A model generated the notes under the pieces. It saw nothing but the letters and a program-made list of their open reading frames with translations. It made no database searches and had not been told where the DNA came from. A DNA stretch of 32,000 nucleotides from an uncultured archaeon. Its GTDB lineage: Archaea; Iainarchaeota; Iainarchaeia; Iainarchaeales; JAAZKV01. The position numbers and the translations under genes are program-made. Shown piece by piece: positions 17,323-27,081 of the stretch (positions are counted from its first letter, which is position 1; every line of letters begins with the position of its first letter). The DNA is taken from NCBI GenBank assembly GCA_964551375.1, contig CAZKBG010000001.1:570001-602000 (forward strand), read 5' to 3'.

Positions 17323-18546
17323 ATGAAGAAGAAAGTGTTTGTAATATGCGTTGACCGCGATAATGATTTGGGCAGAAAAGCCAAAGTAAGCGGGCCTGTT
17401 ATAGGAAAAGAGAGAAACCTTGAAGCTGCGCAGAAACTAATCCTTGCGGACCCGAGCGAAAGCGACGCAAATACAATGTTTGCCGCGCTTTCAAAGCTTG
17501 AAGAAGCAAAAAAACTTTACAAAAACGTTGAAATTGCAACAATCACAGGCGAAGGCAAAATAGGACTTGCTGCAGACAAGGAAATAAATAGACAGCTTGA
17601 TATTATTGAAAAAGAATACTTAATTGATGGGTGGATATTAATCACTGACGGAGCAGAAGATTCGCAAGTAATGCCAATCCTTCAGTCCAGAGCAAAAATA
17701 ATCTCAACAGAACAAGTGATAATTAGACAAGCTCAGGCGGTTGAATCAACTTTTTACACAATAAAAGAAGCGCTTAAAGACCCGGGGATTGCAAGACTTG
17801 CACTCGGAGTGCCAGGAATACTTTTACTAACATTCTTTTTCCTTGGACAGCAATCAATACAAGTAATTGCACTAATCGCAGGAGCATACCTGCTCCTAAA
17901 AGGATTTGGAATTGAAGACAGAATATTTGCATTTGCAAGAATGGTTACGGGCAGCCTCACAGACCAGAGATATATGAGCTTTGTAATGTACATCGCGGCG
18001 CTGCTGCTACCTCTTGTAGGAATATGGATTGCATACATGCAGTTAATGTCCTCCGAATTTATTGACATAAGCATTGATGTTGCAAGCGCGCTAAGAACAT
18101 TTTACCCATTCATTGTATCAAGCGCAATAGTATTAATCGCGGGAAGAGCAACCGATTCTGTTTACGCTAAAAAAGCATACAAACTCGGCGACCATATAGT
18201 TCAGGGACTTGCAATAGTGTGCGCATGGGCGATAATTGACGCAGGAACTTTAGTATTCCTTCGACAAGCCGAGCTCGCATGGCTTCCTGCAAATATCATG
18301 GTAAGCTTTGTTATCCTAATAATCGCAATGAGAATAGGAAAAACATTTGATGTAAGAGAAAGAGTGTCAAAACTATTCCTTGGGCTTAATGCAATTGACG
18401 AACAGGGAAATTATCTTGGAAAAGTAATTGAAGCAAACAAAGCAAAACAAGTAATTGTAATACAAGAACCGAAAACTCTGAAGAAGCTTGAAAAGAAAAG
18501 AGAACAATTCACAGTAAGCAACGGAAGAATACTTGTATTTTCATAA
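17323..18546 (+). CDS. DUF373 family multi-pass membrane protein
   Basis: KVFVICVDRDNDLGRKAKVSGPVIGKERNLEAAQKLILADPSESDANTMFAA is the characteristic N-terminus of archaeal DUF373 proteins; start at ATG 17323. Confidence 0.85.
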   Translation: MKKKVFVICVDRDNDLGRKAKVSGPVIGKERNLEAAQKLILADPSESDANTMFAALSKLEEAKKLYKNVEIATITGEGKIGLAADKEINRQLDIIEKEYLIDGWILITDGAEDSQVMPILQSRAKIISTEQVIIRQAQAVESTFYTIKEALKDPGIARLALGVPGILLLTFFFLGQQSIQVIALIAGAYLLLKGFGIEDRIFAFARMVTGSLTDQRYMSFVMYIAALLLPLVGIWIAYMQLMSSEFIDISIDVASALRTFYPFIVSSAIVLIAGRATDSVYAKKAYKLGDHIVQGLAIVCAWAIIDAGTLVFLRQAELAWLPANIMVSFVILIIAMRIGKTFDVRERVSKLFLGLNAIDEQGNYLGKVIEANKAKQVIVIQEPKTLKKLEKKREQFTVSNGRILVFS

Positions 18547-18596
18547 AAAAAGAAGAAATCTTCAACATTAATTAACCAACAAATAAAGGGTTATTC

Positions 18597-19310
18597 ATGC
18601 CTCAAAAAATAAATTCCACCCCCATAAGCGAAATAGTGTTCATCACCCATCCTGCGTGGCCTGCGACTGTAAAATCAATGGCGGCAACAGACAAATTCTA
18701 CCGAAGAACACCTGCGCAGATAAAAGATCATTTTGAAAACGAGCTTGTTCCAAGAATACGAAAATTTGGAAAAGGAACATTAATAGTTCTTATAAAAAAT
18801 CCACCTGATGAAGGCGCAGCGCACAAAATGCAAATGGATAAAATTCTGAATGAAGCCGCAAAAGGAGCGCCAAGACAAACTGCCCCTCGCGAAGGACTAA
18901 AAAGAATCATTTCAAGAGTTAGGCGCAGGCATAAAGAAAGCTACTCAAGAGAAAGAAAAGCAAAAGGCGTTGAAAAATACATTGAAGCAAGAGTGAGGGA
19001 AATAAATCCAGGAAGATTTTTTGTCACAAACGGAAGAACCTTTGGATACACAAAAGAATCAATAGCAATTGAAATTCAAAAATGGATTTATGCTAATAAG
19101 ATACCGCTTGCCCCCCAAGTAGCAGTAAGAGGAATGGGGGCTTGGAGAGAGCAGTGCGCGACAAAATACCCACTAACCCTTGCAAAGCTTTTATCTTTAG
19201 CCGCAAAAAGAAACGCTAAATTTGAGCTGATAAAAGAAGCCACAATACCCGCAGTCCAGCGGAAAGGAAACTTCAAAACAAGAACCCAGCTTCACAGGCC
19301 GGGAAGATAG
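18597..19310 (+). CDS. Uncharacterised basic protein
   Basis: Long ORF with ATG start and normal codon use; no family recognised. Motifs FITHPAWPATVKSMAATDKFYRR and GTLIVLIKNPPDEGAA. Confidence 0.55.
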   Translation: MPQKINSTPISEIVFITHPAWPATVKSMAATDKFYRRTPAQIKDHFENELVPRIRKFGKGTLIVLIKNPPDEGAAHKMQMDKILNEAAKGAPRQTAPREGLKRIISRVRRRHKESYSRERKAKGVEKYIEARVREINPGRFFVTNGRTFGYTKESIAIEIQKWIYANKIPLAPQVAVRGMGAWREQCATKYPLTLAKLLSLAAKRNAKFELIKEATIPAVQRKGNFKTRTQLHRPGR

Positions 19311-19312
19311 AA

Positions 19313-21352
19313 TTATGCTTTTTCAACAAGAACAGGCTTTCCAAGCGATTTTTTAGCATCGCTTAAAACATCGTCTTTAGTATAAACAGCTTTTAATAAA
19401 TCTTTTAAGAAAGATTTCTTTTCCTTTGAATCATCAAGCGCAGCTTCAAGAACCTGAACAAGATTTGAAACAGGAATTATTTTTACTTTTGCAAGCTCCT
19501 CTTTTTGAACAACAATATCATTCATGTTGCTTGTGGGAACAATTATTTCCTTAAAACCCGCTTTAATCGCAGCGGTGACTTTTGAAGAAACTCCCCCCAC
19601 TGGAAGAACTTCCCCTCTTACTGAAAGAGAGCCAGTCATTGCAACGCACTGCTTTACAGCTAAATTTTGTGTCGCGCTGATTACAGCAGTTGCTATTGAA
19701 ACACTTGCGCTGTCCCCTTCAACTCCTTCATAAGTCTGGAGGAACTGAATGTGAATATCCTTCAAAAACTCCTGCCCTGACATTTTCTTAAAAATTACGC
19801 TCACATTCTGAACTGCTTCCTTTGCAATTTCCCCAAGCTTTCCAGTGGCAATAACTTTGCTTTCATTTTTTGAGCTTGGCGGAGTAACTGCCGCTTCAAT
19901 CGGGATGATGCTTCCGGCGCTTCCGTCTCCAAATACTGCGAGCCCGTTAACTCTTCCAACAATTTTACCATTAATTAAATAAACTTCATAATCCTTCTTT
20001 GTCTCAATCATTTTGTCAACCATCTGATTCTCAAGAGTCCTTGCAGAAAGCTTTGCTTCAAAAACATCCTGCCTTACAACGTAAGGGTGCCCTTTTTCTT
20101 TTGCAATATCCCCTGCGGCTCTTACTAATCCTCCAAGGTCACGAAGCTTAAGCGTAAGTTTTCCTTTATGATCAGACCTTCTTCTTGCTTCAAAAATGAT
20201 TTCTTCAACAGCTTCCCTTGTGAAGTGAGGAATTTTTCCGTCCTTTGTAACTTCCTGAGCAACAAACTGAGCAATTCTTGCCCTGTTCTCTTCATTATCA
20301 TCCATATCCACATTCATGTAAACTTCATAACCGTAACCTCTGATTCTTGAGCGAAGAGCGGGATGAACTTTCCTTAAATCATCATAATTACCTGCCGCAA
20401 CCAAAACAAAATCACACGGAACCGGCTCTGTTCGAGTCATTGCCCCGCTTGAATTCTCGCTCTGGCCTGTGATTGAGTATTTCTTTTCCTGCATCGCAGT
20501 CAAAAGCTCCTGCTGGGATTTGTGAGACAACGTCGCAATTTCATCAATAAACAAAACTCCGCCACTTGCTCGGTGAATCATTCCGGGCTCCACTCTTAAA
20601 TGAGGAGGAGTTCCTAAACCGCCTGACTGAAGAGGATCATGCCTCACATCCCCTAAAAGCGCTCCGGCTCTTGCGCCTGTTGCCTCAAAAAAAGGAGCAA
20701 TCTTTTTTCCCAAATTATTAATTAAAAGTTTTGGAATAAGAACAGTTTCCTTTGAGCGCATCTGCCCGCTTACCGCAATTCCAACTAAAAACAAAGTGCC
20801 CATCAAAAGAAGAGCTGCAAAAATAATATCGCTAATCCACTTTAACTGCCAAATAACGCTTGAGAAAAGCATCCATCCAAGAGGAAGAAGCAATGAAACA
20901 AATCTTCCAGAATCTTCAATCTGCTTTGCGTCCATGTGCGCAGAATCAAGAACTTTTTTTCCTTCACCGGCTTTAATCACTCTAACTTTTGGATTATTAG
21001 GATCATCGCCGTTTGGGTAAATTAAAATATCCTGCAAAACTCCAACCGGAAGAATCTCGCTCATCGCCTGCGCGATTAAAGATTTTCCTGTCCCTGGCAA
21101 TCCAACAAGAAGAACATTTCTTTTCTGGGCAGCGGCTTTTCTAATAATTTCAATGCTCTTTTCCTGCCCGATAACCTGCCCAATCAAACCCGGGGACACG
21201 CTAATCTGGGAAGTATTATCAAAATGAGAAAAATCAAATTTCTTCGGGTCAAAATAACCCAGCATCGCATTAGCCTTGGCTAAAAGAGTCGCTCTTGAGG
21301 GCAATTTTGAAAGACTTCTTTTAGGAGAAGCTTTTTTTCTTTTTTTAGGCAT
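19313..21352 (-). CDS. lonB: Archaeal ATP-dependent protease Lon (LonB, membrane-anchored)
   Basis: Walker [44 protein letters not shown], two TM segments in the AAA domain, protease motifs [14 protein letters not shown] (Ser) and [14 protein letters not shown] (Lys). Confidence 0.93.
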   Translation of the reverse strand: MPKKRKKASPKRSLSKLPSRATLLAKANAMLGYFDPKKFDFSHFDNTSQISVSPGLIGQVIGQEKSIEIIRKAAAQKRNVLLVGLPGTGKSLIAQAMSEILPVGVLQDILIYPNGDDPNNPKVRVIKAGEGKKVLDSAHMDAKQIEDSGRFVSLLLPLGWMLFSSVIWQLKWISDIIFAALLLMGTLFLVGIAVSGQMRSKETVLIPKLLINNLGKKIAPFFEATGARAGALLGDVRHDPLQSGGLGTPPHLRVEPGMIHRASGGVLFIDEIATLSHKSQQELLTAMQEKKYSITGQSENSSGAMTRTEPVPCDFVLVAAGNYDDLRKVHPALRSRIRGYGYEVYMNVDMDDNEENRARIAQFVAQEVTKDGKIPHFTREAVEEIIFEARRRSDHKGKLTLKLRDLGGLVRAAGDIAKEKGHPYVVRQDVFEAKLSARTLENQMVDKMIETKKDYEVYLINGKIVGRVNGLAVFGDGSAGSIIPIEAAVTPPSSKNESKVIATGKLGEIAKEAVQNVSVIFKKMSGQEFLKDIHIQFLQTYEGVEGDSASVSIATAVISATQNLAVKQCVAMTGSLSVRGEVLPVGGVSSKVTAAIKAGFKEIIVPTSNMNDIVVQKEELAKVKIIPVSNLVQVLEAALDDSKEKKSFLKDLLKAVYTKDDVLSDAKKSLGKPVLVEKA

Positions 21353-21501
21353 AACTAAAACTTCCTATGAAGGGTTAAAAAAGGTAATTAATGCGATAAA
21401 AGCAGGCAAAAAATCACTACTGCAAAAACAGCATTCTGCAAATTAACTTCAAAAAGTCAGTTTAGACATTATTTATATACTTAATAGAAGAAATGATTGA
21501 T

Positions 21502-22410
21502 ATGGAACCAATCAAAATCACTTTTCTTGGAACAAGCGGAAGCGTGCCGCAAAAAGACAAGAATTTTGCAAGCGCCGTGCTGGCTTATAGAGGAGATTTG
21601 CTTTTATTTGACTGCCCAGAAGGAACGCAGAGGCAATTAATGAACTCGGAACACTCGCTCATGGGAATTGACAATATTTTTATCTCACACATGCATGCTG
21701 ACCACTTCCTTGGATTATTCGGATGGATTTCAACAATGACGCTAAACCAGAGAAAAAACAAACTCACTATCTGGAGCCCAAAAGGCGGAAGCGAGAAAAT
21801 CAAAAAAATAATGAGAGAAGTTATTTACCCAAGCTTTGAAATAGAATACAAGGAAATTACAAAAAGAAAACTAATTGAAAACGAATTTTTTGAAATCAGC
21901 GCATTTCCTTTAAAGCATGAAATACCCTGCTTTGGATTTAAATTCAAGGAAAATGACAAACTTGGAGAGTTCAACCGCAAAAAAGCGGAAAAGCTTGGAA
22001 TACCTGTTGGCCCGCTTTACTCAAAACTCGCAAAAGGAGAAAGCGTAAAAGTAAACGGCAAAATATTCAAGCCAAAAGATGTTATGGATTACACTAAAAA
22101 AAGAGAAGGAAGAAAAATTGTTTTTGTTTCTGACACTAGACCCACTTCTGAAGCAGTAAAAGAAGCTAAAGGCGCGGAGCTTTTAGTTCATGAAGCGACT
22201 TTTCTTGATGAGCAAAAAGAAAAAGCAATTGAAGCAATGCACACAACCGTGGGAGAAGCTTGCGAAATAGCAAAAAAAGCAGGAGTAAAGAAACTTGCCC
22301 TGTTTCACTTCAGCGCGAGAAACAATGATGACTCAATAATACTTGCAGAAGCAAAAAAAGCATTCCATAATTCAATTGTGCCAAAACAATTTGAGACAAT
22401 AATTGTTTAA
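21502..22410 (+). CDS. rnz: Ribonuclease Z
   Basis: ITFLGTSGSVPQKDKNFASAVL, FISHMHADHFLGLFGWISTM, FVSDTRPTSEAVKEAKGAELLVHEATF. ATG at 21502 preferred over 21493 because a TATA-like element lies about 26 nt upstream. Confidence 0.9.
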   Translation: MEPIKITFLGTSGSVPQKDKNFASAVLAYRGDLLLFDCPEGTQRQLMNSEHSLMGIDNIFISHMHADHFLGLFGWISTMTLNQRKNKLTIWSPKGGSEKIKKIMREVIYPSFEIEYKEITKRKLIENEFFEISAFPLKHEIPCFGFKFKENDKLGEFNRKKAEKLGIPVGPLYSKLAKGESVKVNGKIFKPKDVMDYTKKREGRKIVFVSDTRPTSEAVKEAKGAELLVHEATFLDEQKEKAIEAMHTTVGEACEIAKKAGVKKLALFHFSARNNDDSIILAEAKKAFHNSIVPKQFETIIV

Positions 22411-22457
22411 TTTAAGCCATTAAATTAATCATTTGAAGAAGTTTAAACTGCAAGGGA

Positions 22458-23018
22458 TTACTTTTTTACTTCATCAACTTTTCCTTCAAGAACAAACTTT
22501 TCTTTTCCTTCAGTGGCTTTAACTACAACATCAGTTAATTCCTTCTCTTTTGAAATCAGAGCAGATTCTTTCTTCATCACAAGCTTTTCAAACACTGCCT
22601 GCGTTATTTCCCTTCGTAGAAATTTTGCCTCAAGAAGACCCATCTCCGAGCGCAAAAGCTCAGTTTCCCTTAAAATCATCCCGATTTTAGCCCTTCTAAA
22701 TTTTGTTGGATTAGTCAGAACCGCGGATATTTTATCCACTTTTGCCCCCACCTCAATCACAGGAGCCTTCTTTAAACGGTACATTGAAAGCTCGGCTTCA
22801 AGAAGCTCCTCCTCAATCTGGTCCACAATTGAAGAAAATACATTTTTCTTGATCTTTCCCTGCATAAACTTTCTCTCAGCAATCGAAAGCTTCTCCCTTG
22901 CGGAAGAAATTCTTCCCCTCAATTCTTCAGGAGTGGGGGAGGAAGAGCGCAGGATTAAATAAACAATAAGCGCGCAAATAACCACCGCAATTAACACAAC
23001 CGCAATAACCTCAATCAT
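22458..23018 (-). CDS. Uncharacterised N-terminally membrane-anchored coiled-coil protein
   Basis: N-terminal TM MIEVIAVVLIAVVICALIVYLILR followed by a charged helical region. Confidence 0.5.
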   Translation of the reverse strand: MIEVIAVVLIAVVICALIVYLILRSSSPTPEELRGRISSAREKLSIAERKFMQGKIKKNVFSSIVDQIEEELLEAELSMYRLKKAPVIEVGAKVDKISAVLTNPTKFRRAKIGMILRETELLRSEMGLLEAKFLRREITQAVFEKLVMKKESALISKEKELTDVVVKATEGKEKFVLEGKVDEVKK

Positions 23019-23103
23019 AAAGGAGAAACGACTGACTGGATTAAATTACTTTCGCTTGACAAAATAGGTTATATATGAACACTAATTCATAGGAGGAATT
23101 CAT

Positions 23104-23733
23104 ATGACTGAACATGTATTAAAGCCAAGACCATACACTGACGAGGAGGCTAAAAAGTTACTCGCAAAAGTAATAAGCCCTGAAACAAGCGACTGGCACT
23201 ACAACACACATCACAAAGGATATATCACTAAAAGAAATGAAATTGAAAAAAAGCTTGAAGAAGGCGGAGAAGCGATAAGAGGCGCCGCCAACGCTAACTT
23301 TTCCGAATTTGGAGAACTAAAAAGAAGAGAAACATTCAACGCAAACGGCGCAATACTGCATGACATTTACTGGGAGAACCTTGGCGGAGACGGAAACGCT
23401 GAAAAGGCAAAAGAACTAAAGAAAAAAATAGAAGCTGATTTTGGCTCTATTGACAAATGGAAAAGCGATTTTAAAGCAACAGCGCTTGCGGCAAAAAACT
23501 CAGGGTGGGCAGTGCTTGTAATTGACAAACTAAGCGACGGCAAATTAAGAAACCTTTTAATTGACGAGCACGGCGTTGGCGCAATATGGGGAGCTGAGCC
23601 GATAGTAGCATGCGATGTGTTTGAGCACTCATACTACCACAAAGACGGGCCCAAAAGAGCTTTGTATATAGACAATTTCATAGCAGGGCTTCACTGGGAC
23701 AGGATTGAAAACAGATTTAAGAAAAGCCAATAA
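23104..23733 (+). CDS. Superoxide dismutase, Fe/Mn family
   Basis: WHYNTHHKGYI, NGAILHDIYWENLGG, CDVFEHSYY supply the His/His/Asp/His metal ligands; AGGAGG 7 nt upstream of ATG. Confidence 0.9.
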   Translation: MTEHVLKPRPYTDEEAKKLLAKVISPETSDWHYNTHHKGYITKRNEIEKKLEEGGEAIRGAANANFSEFGELKRRETFNANGAILHDIYWENLGGDGNAEKAKELKKKIEADFGSIDKWKSDFKATALAAKNSGWAVLVIDKLSDGKLRNLLIDEHGVGAIWGAEPIVACDVFEHSYYHKDGPKRALYIDNFIAGLHWDRIENRFKKSQ

Positions 23734-23839
23734 CAAGGTTGAGAATAAAACTAATTAGACAATTGCTCTGCAAAATGAGCGGGGCAATTTGTCCAAAAAA
23801 TAATATTCAAAAGCTATATTTTTAATAACAACGCGACAC

Positions 23840-23863
23840 ATGTTTGAAGGGTTTTTTGAATAA
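23840..23863 (+). other. Candidate upstream mini-ORF 1 of pyrB (MFEGFFE*)
   Basis: ATG at 23840, TAA at 23861-23863 overlapping the ATG of the next mini-ORF (TAATG); TATA-like CTATAT at 23814-23819. Confidence 0.25.
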
Positions 23864-23910
23864 TGGAACACCCAGTAAAAGAGAAACTAATTTTAGCAAA
23901 AAGAAGATGA
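23863..23910 (+). other. Candidate upstream mini-ORF 2 of pyrB (MEHPVKEKLILAKRR*)
   Basis: ATG at 23863, TGA at 23908-23910 overlapping the pyrB ATG at 23907 (ATGA). Confidence 0.3.
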
Positions 23911-24818
23911 AGAGCATCTTGTCCATCTCCGATTTTACAAGAGGGGATATAGAGCAAATACTTTTTCGAGCAGGCGAGCTTGAAAAAATGAAAAGAGAGG
24001 ATAAATTAAAAATACTCCACGGAAAAATTGTGGCAAGCCTATTTTTTGAGCCATCAACAAGAACAAGACTAAGTTTTGAAACAGCAGCTCAAAATCTTGG
24101 CGCAAGGATTGTTGGATTTTCCGATCCAAGCGTGACAAGCACATCAAAAGGAGAAATACTATCAGACACAATTAGAATTGTGGAAAAATACGCTGACTAC
24201 ATAGTGATGAGGCATTATATTGAAGGCGCGGCAAGAAGAGCGGATGAGCTCACCATAAAACCTGTAATAAACGCTGGGGACGGGGCAAACCAGCACCCTA
24301 CTCAAACACTGCTGGACCTTTATACAATACAAAAAGAATACGGAAAAATTGACGGAACAAAAATCATGCTGGCTGGAGACTTAAGGCACGGCAGGACAGT
24401 ACACAGCCTTCTTCAGGCGCTTGCGCTGTTTAAGGACACCCAAGTAGTGCTTGCGGCGCCAAAAGGACTTGAAATGCCCCAAAGCGTAATTGACGACACA
24501 AAAGGAAGAGTGAAGATAAAATCATACAGCACAATCGAAGAAGGAGCGGGAGAAGTGGATGTGATTTATGCAACACGAATTCAAAAAGAAAGATTTTCGG
24601 ATGAAAAAGATTACTTGAAAATCAAAGACGCATACACCATAACACAGGAACTAATCCGAACAATAAATCCAAAATTAAAAATAATGCACCCACTGCCAAG
24701 AGTGAATGAAATAGAGCACGAGCTTGACAAAACCGAAAATGCAATTTATTTCAAACAGGCGGCAAACGGAATCCCTGTTCGCGAAGCAATACTATCAATG
24801 CTGGAGGCGAGAGAATGA
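23907..24818 (+). CDS. pyrB: Aspartate carbamoyltransferase catalytic subunit
   Basis: MKSILSISDFTRGDIEQIL, FFEPSTRTRLSFETAAQNLG, NAGDGANQHPTQTLLDL, LAGDLRHGRTVHSL, MHPLPRVNEI. Start moved to ATG 23907. Confidence 0.95.
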   Translation: MKSILSISDFTRGDIEQILFRAGELEKMKREDKLKILHGKIVASLFFEPSTRTRLSFETAAQNLGARIVGFSDPSVTSTSKGEILSDTIRIVEKYADYIVMRHYIEGAARRADELTIKPVINAGDGANQHPTQTLLDLYTIQKEYGKIDGTKIMLAGDLRHGRTVHSLLQALALFKDTQVVLAAPKGLEMPQSVIDDTKGRVKIKSYSTIEEGAGEVDVIYATRIQKERFSDEKDYLKIKDAYTITQELIRTINPKLKIMHPLPRVNEIEHELDKTENAIYFKQAANGIPVREAILSMLEARE

Positions 24819-25261
24819 AAGACATAAAAATCACCCCTATAAAAAGCGGGACAGCAATAGACCACCTTCACGCAGGAAGCGCGTATAAGATTCTGCAAAT
24901 AATGGGAATACAAAAACACACTGTGACAATAGGAATGAATGTGGAAAGCACCAAAATGGGAAAAAAGGACATCATTTTTGTGGAAGGAAAGGAAATAAGC
25001 GAAAAAGAGCTGAACAAAATCGCAATCATAGGGCACGGAGCCACAATAAACATTATCAATGACGGAACTATTTCAAAAAAATTCAAACTCGCCCCTCCAG
25101 AATACATTGAAGGGCTTGTGAAATGCTCAAATAAAAAATGCATCACAAACGCTGAAAAAATTCCAACAAAATTTGATGTGAATCTTGAAAAAATGGAAGG
25201 CAGGTGCAAATACTGCGAGCAAAAGATGAATGAAATTGAAATGCTGGAATCAATTACTTAA
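24815..25261 (+). CDS. pyrI: Aspartate carbamoyltransferase regulatory subunit
   Basis: 4-nt overlap with pyrB (ATGA); IKSGTAIDHLHAGSAYKILQIMG and zinc ligands CSNKKCIT...CKYCE. Confidence 0.95.
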   Translation: MKDIKITPIKSGTAIDHLHAGSAYKILQIMGIQKHTVTIGMNVESTKMGKKDIIFVEGKEISEKELNKIAIIGHGATINIINDGTISKKFKLAPPEYIEGLVKCSNKKCITNAEKIPTKFDVNLEKMEGRCKYCEQKMNEIEMLESIT

Positions 25262-25287
25262 AAAAAGTTTAGATTTGCTTTTGGGCG

Positions 25288-25413
25288 TTACTTAAAGTAG
25301 CGCTCAAACTGCATGCGGTCCCTTTTTTTTGCCTCAAAGCCAAGAAGAAAAAGAATCACAATAATTATTACAACCAAAATTGCAAAAAGCAAAAACTCTA
25401 TTTCTTCAAACAT
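25288..25413 (-). CDS. Small single-TM protein (41 aa)
   Basis: Translated by hand: MFEEIEFLLFAILVVIIIVILFLLGFEAKKRDRMQFERYFK*. Below the ORF-track length cut-off; 21 nt downstream of the MBL-fold gene on the same strand. Confidence 0.4.
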   Translation of the reverse strand: MFEEIEFLLFAILVVIIIVILFLLGFEAKKRDRMQFERYFK

Positions 25414-25434
25414 TTAAAGCATCCCAAAAAAATA

Positions 25435-26112
25435 TTAAAACTTAAAAGTCCCGCCCATCTCAAGAAGCACGGGCTTTGTTTTCAACACGCTTTTTTCAAT
25501 CCTTCGCTTAAAATCAGGAATATCAACTTTTTTTTCTTCAAACACATCATACTGCATTGGGATTACAAAATCAGGCTTGATTAACTTAGTTGCCCTTACA
25601 GCATCCACTACATCCATGCTCTTTGAGCTTATCGGAAGAAGCGCCATATTGGCCTTCACTTCATTAAAATTATCTAAAAGAGCTGTAACTCCCGCGTGGT
25701 AAATTTTCTTTCCGCCATACTCAAGCAAAAATCCCAACGGGTAAAAACTTTTAGGATAATGAGCGGTTTTTGTTTTAATTTTTACTCCGCGCAGATTAAT
25801 CTCCTCATTTGAGCGGATTGCGCTTTTTAAGTTTCTTGGAAGATTCAATTTCTGAAGCGCGCCCTCATGAGCAATAACAATCGCGTTATTTTTAATCGCA
25901 AGCTCTTCAACAGCCTTCGGGTCAAAGTGCTCCGGAGTTTCGTTTGAAACAAAAATCAGGGACACATTCTTAAAATCGCTCTGCTTTGATTTAATTTTAA
26001 TTTTCTTCTTAAAATTAGTAGGAGATGATTCAAAAATAGGGTCAATTAAAATGCACGATGAGCCGTCACAGATTTTGAAAAATGCATGACCAAAATAAGA
26101 GAGCTCTACCAT
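25435..26112 (-). CDS. Metallo-beta-lactamase-fold protein (UPF0173-like) with degenerate metal site
   Basis: VELSYFGHAFFKI, LIDPIFESSP, FLLEYGGKKIYHAGVTAL, DFVIPMQYDVF align to the UPF0173 pattern, but the HxHxDH position reads NETPEH. Confidence 0.7.
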   Translation of the reverse strand: MVELSYFGHAFFKICDGSSCILIDPIFESSPTNFKKKIKIKSKQSDFKNVSLIFVSNETPEHFDPKAVEELAIKNNAIVIAHEGALQKLNLPRNLKSAIRSNEEINLRGVKIKTKTAHYPKSFYPLGFLLEYGGKKIYHAGVTALLDNFNEVKANMALLPISSKSMDVVDAVRATKLIKPDFVIPMQYDVFEEKKVDIPDFKRRIEKSVLKTKPVLLEMGGTFKF

Positions 26113-26217
26113 GACATATTCTTATTATACAAGGTTTAAATTCATACCTTACAGCAAAAATTGGACAAAAAATGCGAAAAACGAACAATTAAAAAAACAA
26201 AGACGCACTAATTCATC

Positions 26218-27030
26218 ATGAAACAGGCGCATTTTGCCAAACTACTAGTGCTTTTTTTACTAAGCATAATGGTTGCAGGGGCATACTCTGCGACAATTGA
26301 TTATGCAATAACCACACATGCTATAAATGTGCAAATTGGAATTGAAAATAAGGATTCAAACGAAACGGCAAGAGACACGGTAATTGAAAAATACTATTTA
26401 TACTTTGCAACAGACGAGGATAAAGTTGCTTTTAGAGAAAAGAGCCTTGAACTTGGAACAAGCATTGAAGAATGGAAAAAATACAACCCAAGATTTGTGC
26501 CAAGCCTTGGAGAAAACACAATAAACAAAAAAATCGCGTACAATGAAGGGGAAGAAAACTTCCTTCAAATAAGCTACACCCTTCCAGACCAGCTGATGGC
26601 AAAAGGAAAGGAAGCATCAATGATGACAGAGTACACGCTGAAAGTAAATTACTTTAACGCATTTTACCAGTCAGGCATGTGGATAATACCTGAAGGAACA
26701 AGAATCACAATCGAGCTACCCCCTGGAGCTGAAGTAAGGGAAACAGTTGAACCGCAGGCTGATGTTATATCAAATGCCACAAGAAGAAATGTTGTGTGGA
26801 ACGGATACAAGAGCACAAATAAATTATTCTTAGCATATGTAATGTGGAAGCAAATAACTCCTGTTGTTGATTTTGGGTACTTCACAAACTTTTTGACAAA
26901 AACCGAAGCAGGATGGGCAATAATAATAGGAATGCTTGCGCTGCTTTTAGTGCTTGTGTGGAAAAGAAAATTAATCTCCTCAAGAATTGAAGGATTTGTT
27001 GAAAAGCACTCAATGATAAAAGAAGAATAA
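26218..27030 (+). CDS. Exported membrane-anchored protein of unknown function
   Basis: N-terminal signal peptide (MKQAHFAKLLVLFLLSIMVAGAYSA) and C-terminal TM segment (AGWAIIIGMLALLLVLVWKRK). Confidence 0.55.
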   Translation: MKQAHFAKLLVLFLLSIMVAGAYSATIDYAITTHAINVQIGIENKDSNETARDTVIEKYYLYFATDEDKVAFREKSLELGTSIEEWKKYNPRFVPSLGENTINKKIAYNEGEENFLQISYTLPDQLMAKGKEASMMTEYTLKVNYFNAFYQSGMWIIPEGTRITIELPPGAEVRETVEPQADVISNATRRNVVWNGYKSTNKLFLAYVMWKQITPVVDFGYFTNFLTKTEAGWAIIIGMLALLLVLVWKRKLISSRIEGFVEKHSMIKEE

Positions 27031-27081
27031 AATAAACCCTGCAAAAAAAGGATTTAGTAGAACTTTTTAGAAAAATTTTGG

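Noticed and set aside
18597-19310. Assignment of the basic protein as a ribosomal protein
   Set aside because: It is basic, but I could not match it to any specific ribosomal protein signature, so it is left unnamed.
23057-23076. Bacterial-like TTGACA before the SOD gene
   Set aside because: No properly spaced -10 box; the downstream TTATATAT is better explained as an archaeal TATA element.
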